From Alphaproteobacteria bacterium (GTDB lineage: Bacteria; Pseudomonadota; Alphaproteobacteria; UBA828), in the NCBI GenBank assembly GCA_963422645.2, contig CAXXVO010000002.1, positions 172,745-236,744 on the forward strand: 64,000 nt of DNA, given 5' to 3'. How positions within the stretch are numbered: the stretch's first letter is position 1; each line of letters begins with the position of its first letter. The notes under the pieces are model-generated. The model made no database searches. It was not told the DNA's origin and was given only the letters and a program-made list of their open reading frames with translations. Positions 61,420 through 64,000 of the stretch are shown here, in pieces. Made by a program: the position numbers and the translations under genes.

Positions 61420-63780
61420 TCAGACTTCCTGACCTCTGCTGATTTTAGGTGACACGAGCCGCGCGGATTCCGAGGCCCCGTCGATGTCGTAGACTATGCG
61501 CAGACGGGTGCCGGGGAAGACCGTTTCGGTGGCGTTCAGGTCGCTCAGAACCGCATCGATCCAACGGTCGCAGGCGTCGTTTGCGAGGCCAAGAATGTGG
61601 ACCCGCAGGAGGCCATTGCCAGGATCCGGCAGGATGTCGGCATCGGCGGTGAGCAGCGCTTGAAGCAGTTTCCGGGGATGGGGCTTGTGGCCCTGCGCCT
61701 GCATGACGGGAAGCATCATGCGGGTTTCGGCGCGGTAGGCGATCATCCGGATGACGTCGAGGAGGAGGCGCTCGCGCGCGGGCAAGGCATCGAGCTGCTC
61801 GGCTTCGTCGAGGTCGCCGGCCCGGCAGTGCTTGGGCGTCTCCCTGCGGCTGGCCCTGACGATGTCGCGGACATCCTGGAGGTCCCTGACTTCCCTCCTG
61901 AGTTCCGCCGTCGGCTGCTTCTTCCGGGCCGTGTCGGCGATGCGGTTGCGCAGGCGGCCAAGCTGGCGGTCGAGGCGATGGATTGCCTTGTCATAGGCCC
62001 GCCGCAGCGGGTTGACGACCATGGCGGCGGGATCGAGAGGCTCGAGCTCGTGGGTCGGCAGGGCGTCGAGATTGAACTCGTCACGCATGTACTTGAAGAA
62101 GTTCTCCTGCGACCAGCGCGAGAACATGGCGCCCGCAACCTCAGCCATCGGCTTGTGCGGATCGGTGGTGATCAGCGGCACCTGACGGCCGTTGTCGAGC
62201 AGGCGGCGGATCTGGCGCACCCTGAAGCCGTTCGGCAACGTCACCGGCTTCTCAGCCAGCCGCATGGTGGCGCTGCCGTCCGCCGCCGGTCCGTGAATGG
62301 GAACGGTCATCGCGCCGAAGTCCTCGGCCGGCCAGTCCTCGCCCCTGAAGTTCTTGTGCCAGGTCAGGCAGGCGACGCCGCGCCTCGCCAGCCGGCGGAA
62401 CAGATCCGGGCTCCAGCCCTCGCGGTCGAAGACCAGGGTGAGCGCCGGCTGGCCGGGATGCTCGGCGGTCAGGTCCGGCGCCCCGGCGCCAACGATCCCA
62501 AGCTCCTGCAGCGCCGGCACCACGTCGGCTTCGATGGCCGCGACCATCTTCGGGTCCAGCGGCTTGTGCAGACAGAGCAGCGGCTTGCCGCCCAGAGCGT
62601 TGATCCAGTAGCTGGCGCTCGCCGGCAGGCACAGCTTCTCGCGCGAGACGAAGTGCTTGGGCAAGCGCCCCTTGCGGCCGGAGTAGACCTTGACGTGCCC
62701 GTCGATGGCCAGCGTCGCCCAGAGCTCCGGCTCGTCGGCGCCTTGCCAGCGCCTGGCAAGGGCGAGCTGCCACGCCCGCACGCCGGCCTCGTCGTCGGCG
62801 ATGAGAGCGATCTTGCGGCGCAGCGTCTTGACCTCGGGGCAGCGATCGAGGCCGAGAATGGCGCCCCATTCGCCCGGCGCCTGGTAGCGCAGGCTCTCGG
62901 GGTTGCGCACCCGCGCCAAGGTCATGAAGGCCAGGAAGAGCAGGATCGTAGGCAAGCCGTAATAGCCCTTCGGCAGCAATGGCAGGAGACCGGTCTCGGA
63001 GAGAAGACCTTCCTTCAGCAGGGCCGGCAGGGCGGCGAGCACGCCGCCGAAGCGGACACCGCGGGCGGCGGCGGCGAACTGCGGTTCGACCGGCCCCGCC
63101 TGTCCACAACTGGCCAGAACCCGAGCCGGAACATCGCAAGTCGCACGCCCCATCGGCGCCTGCCGGTCCCGCCGATCGCGCGCGCTGCGATCCGTTTGCG
63201 GCTGCGCTTCCAGCCCCGGCGCCGTCTCCGGCCCCGGGGCACCGGTACTCTCTTCATCGACACGGCCTTCAGGAGCCGCACCCGCGTCAGGCGGCGCAGC
63301 CAGCGCTGAGCGTCCGGGCTCCCCATCCGCCTCCGTGTTGCCGATCAGTCCCTGACGGCGCCACTTGTTGACCGATGGCGCTGACACGCCGAGAACCCGG
63401 GCCGCCGCAGAGCCGCTCAGGCCCGATGCCAGCAACGCCGTCGCCTTCTCCGCCAACTCCGGAGTGAACACCGACGGCCCGCGACCGCGCCGGGGCTTCA
63501 TGAACCCCGCTTCGCCCTCGGCCAGGTAGCGCCGTCGTGCGCGCTGCACCGTCGCGCGCGAGACAGCGAAAGCGTCAGCCAGTTCCTGCGGCGAGACCGC
63601 GCTGATCGCCGCGAGGCGGCCGATCCGCAAGAGCATGGCCGTGCGGTCATCGGCGGCGTGGCTGTCAAAGGGAATGAGGTTGGAAAAGTAGGTGAAGGTG
63701 TCGTCCGAGATCAGGACGGCGAAGCAGCTGTTGCCGATCGAGACCGCCTCTGGAGGGCACATTGGGAGGGTACTGGGCAT
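61420..63780 (-). CDS. 786-aa putative DDE transposase with N-terminal tandem HTH domains
   Basis: Two HTH-like segments; AIDGH, VFDREG, RWSQENFFK triad; coiled coil; stop codon is the last 3 bp of the TIR. Confidence 0.8.
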   Translation of the reverse strand: MPSTLPMCPPEAVSIGNSCFAVLISDDTFTYFSNLIPFDSHAADDRTAMLLRIGRLAAISAVSPQELADAFAVSRATVQRARRRYLAEGEAGFMKPRRGRGPSVFTPELAEKATALLASGLSGSAAARVLGVSAPSVNKWRRQGLIGNTEADGEPGRSALAAPPDAGAAPEGRVDEESTGAPGPETAPGLEAQPQTDRSARDRRDRQAPMGRATCDVPARVLASCGQAGPVEPQFAAAARGVRFGGVLAALPALLKEGLLSETGLLPLLPKGYYGLPTILLFLAFMTLARVRNPESLRYQAPGEWGAILGLDRCPEVKTLRRKIALIADDEAGVRAWQLALARRWQGADEPELWATLAIDGHVKVYSGRKGRLPKHFVSREKLCLPASASYWINALGGKPLLCLHKPLDPKMVAAIEADVVPALQELGIVGAGAPDLTAEHPGQPALTLVFDREGWSPDLFRRLARRGVACLTWHKNFRGEDWPAEDFGAMTVPIHGPAADGSATMRLAEKPVTLPNGFRVRQIRRLLDNGRQVPLITTDPHKPMAEVAGAMFSRWSQENFFKYMRDEFNLDALPTHELEPLDPAAMVVNPLRRAYDKAIHRLDRQLGRLRNRIADTARKKQPTAELRREVRDLQDVRDIVRASRRETPKHCRAGDLDEAEQLDALPARERLLLDVIRMIAYRAETRMMLPVMQAQGHKPHPRKLLQALLTADADILPDPGNGLLRVHILGLANDACDRWIDAVLSDLNATETVFPGTRLRIVYDIDGASESARLVSPKISRGQEV

Positions 63781-63935
63781 GGTTGAGACCGTGCAATTGG
63801 TATCAAATTATACTATCAGACCTCGGGCGCGACACCCAGCGAAAAACCGCCTGAAACAACCGAAATGTATCAGAATTCAAGGAGTTCCCGGCACGCTGCC
63901 CAGAACAGCCAGCATCACGAGGTCAGGAAGTCTGA
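61420..63935 (-). mobile_element. Element X complete (2516 bp), 17-bp perfect TIRs TCAGACTTCCTGACCTC
   Basis: Both TIRs present; no matching TSD (TCC versus GCT). Confidence 0.9.
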
Positions 63936-64000
63936 GCTTGTCAGACTATGCGTTTGACTTCCCCACGTACGGTTACGAAATAACTGTGTCTGGCGGAACT

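Overview
High-GC (about 65-70%), Alphaproteobacteria-like DNA in which housekeeping and catabolic blocks are broken up by a dense, nested set of insertion sequences (roughly half of the window). The host blocks are: a polyol ABC transporter with sorbitol dehydrogenase and a LacI regulator, an HTH-methyltransferase-like gene, three tandem RTX-type Ca-binding proteins, nnrS, a ribose-type ABC transporter, LLM/SDR oxidoreductases, gabD, a 2OG-Fe(II) oxygenase, an OmpA lipoprotein, an amidase, an O-methyltransferase and glpD/glpK. The mobile elements are: a tnpC-only IS66 (IS66-A, 4 copies plus a stub); an IS66 that carries a Dam-like adenine methyltransferase translationally coupled to tnpC (IS66-M, 3 copies of 2 variants); an unclassified 2.5-kb element with a 786-aa DDE protein and 17-bp TIRs (element X; 1 intact, 2 frameshifted, 1 internally deleted, 2 stubs; it inserts into itself with a 3-bp TSD); IS21; two IS110-family elements; and a DUF4338(DruA-like)-IS4 fusion element. 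The most notable observations are (1) the methyltransferase-bearing IS66, (2) a ~210-bp transposase-less mini-IS110 embedded in the right end of IS66-A and homologous to both ends of the full IS110 in this window, (3) element X, and (4) TTAA-containing IS66 target sites that coincide with stop codons. All family assignments are from motif recognition by eye, not database searches.
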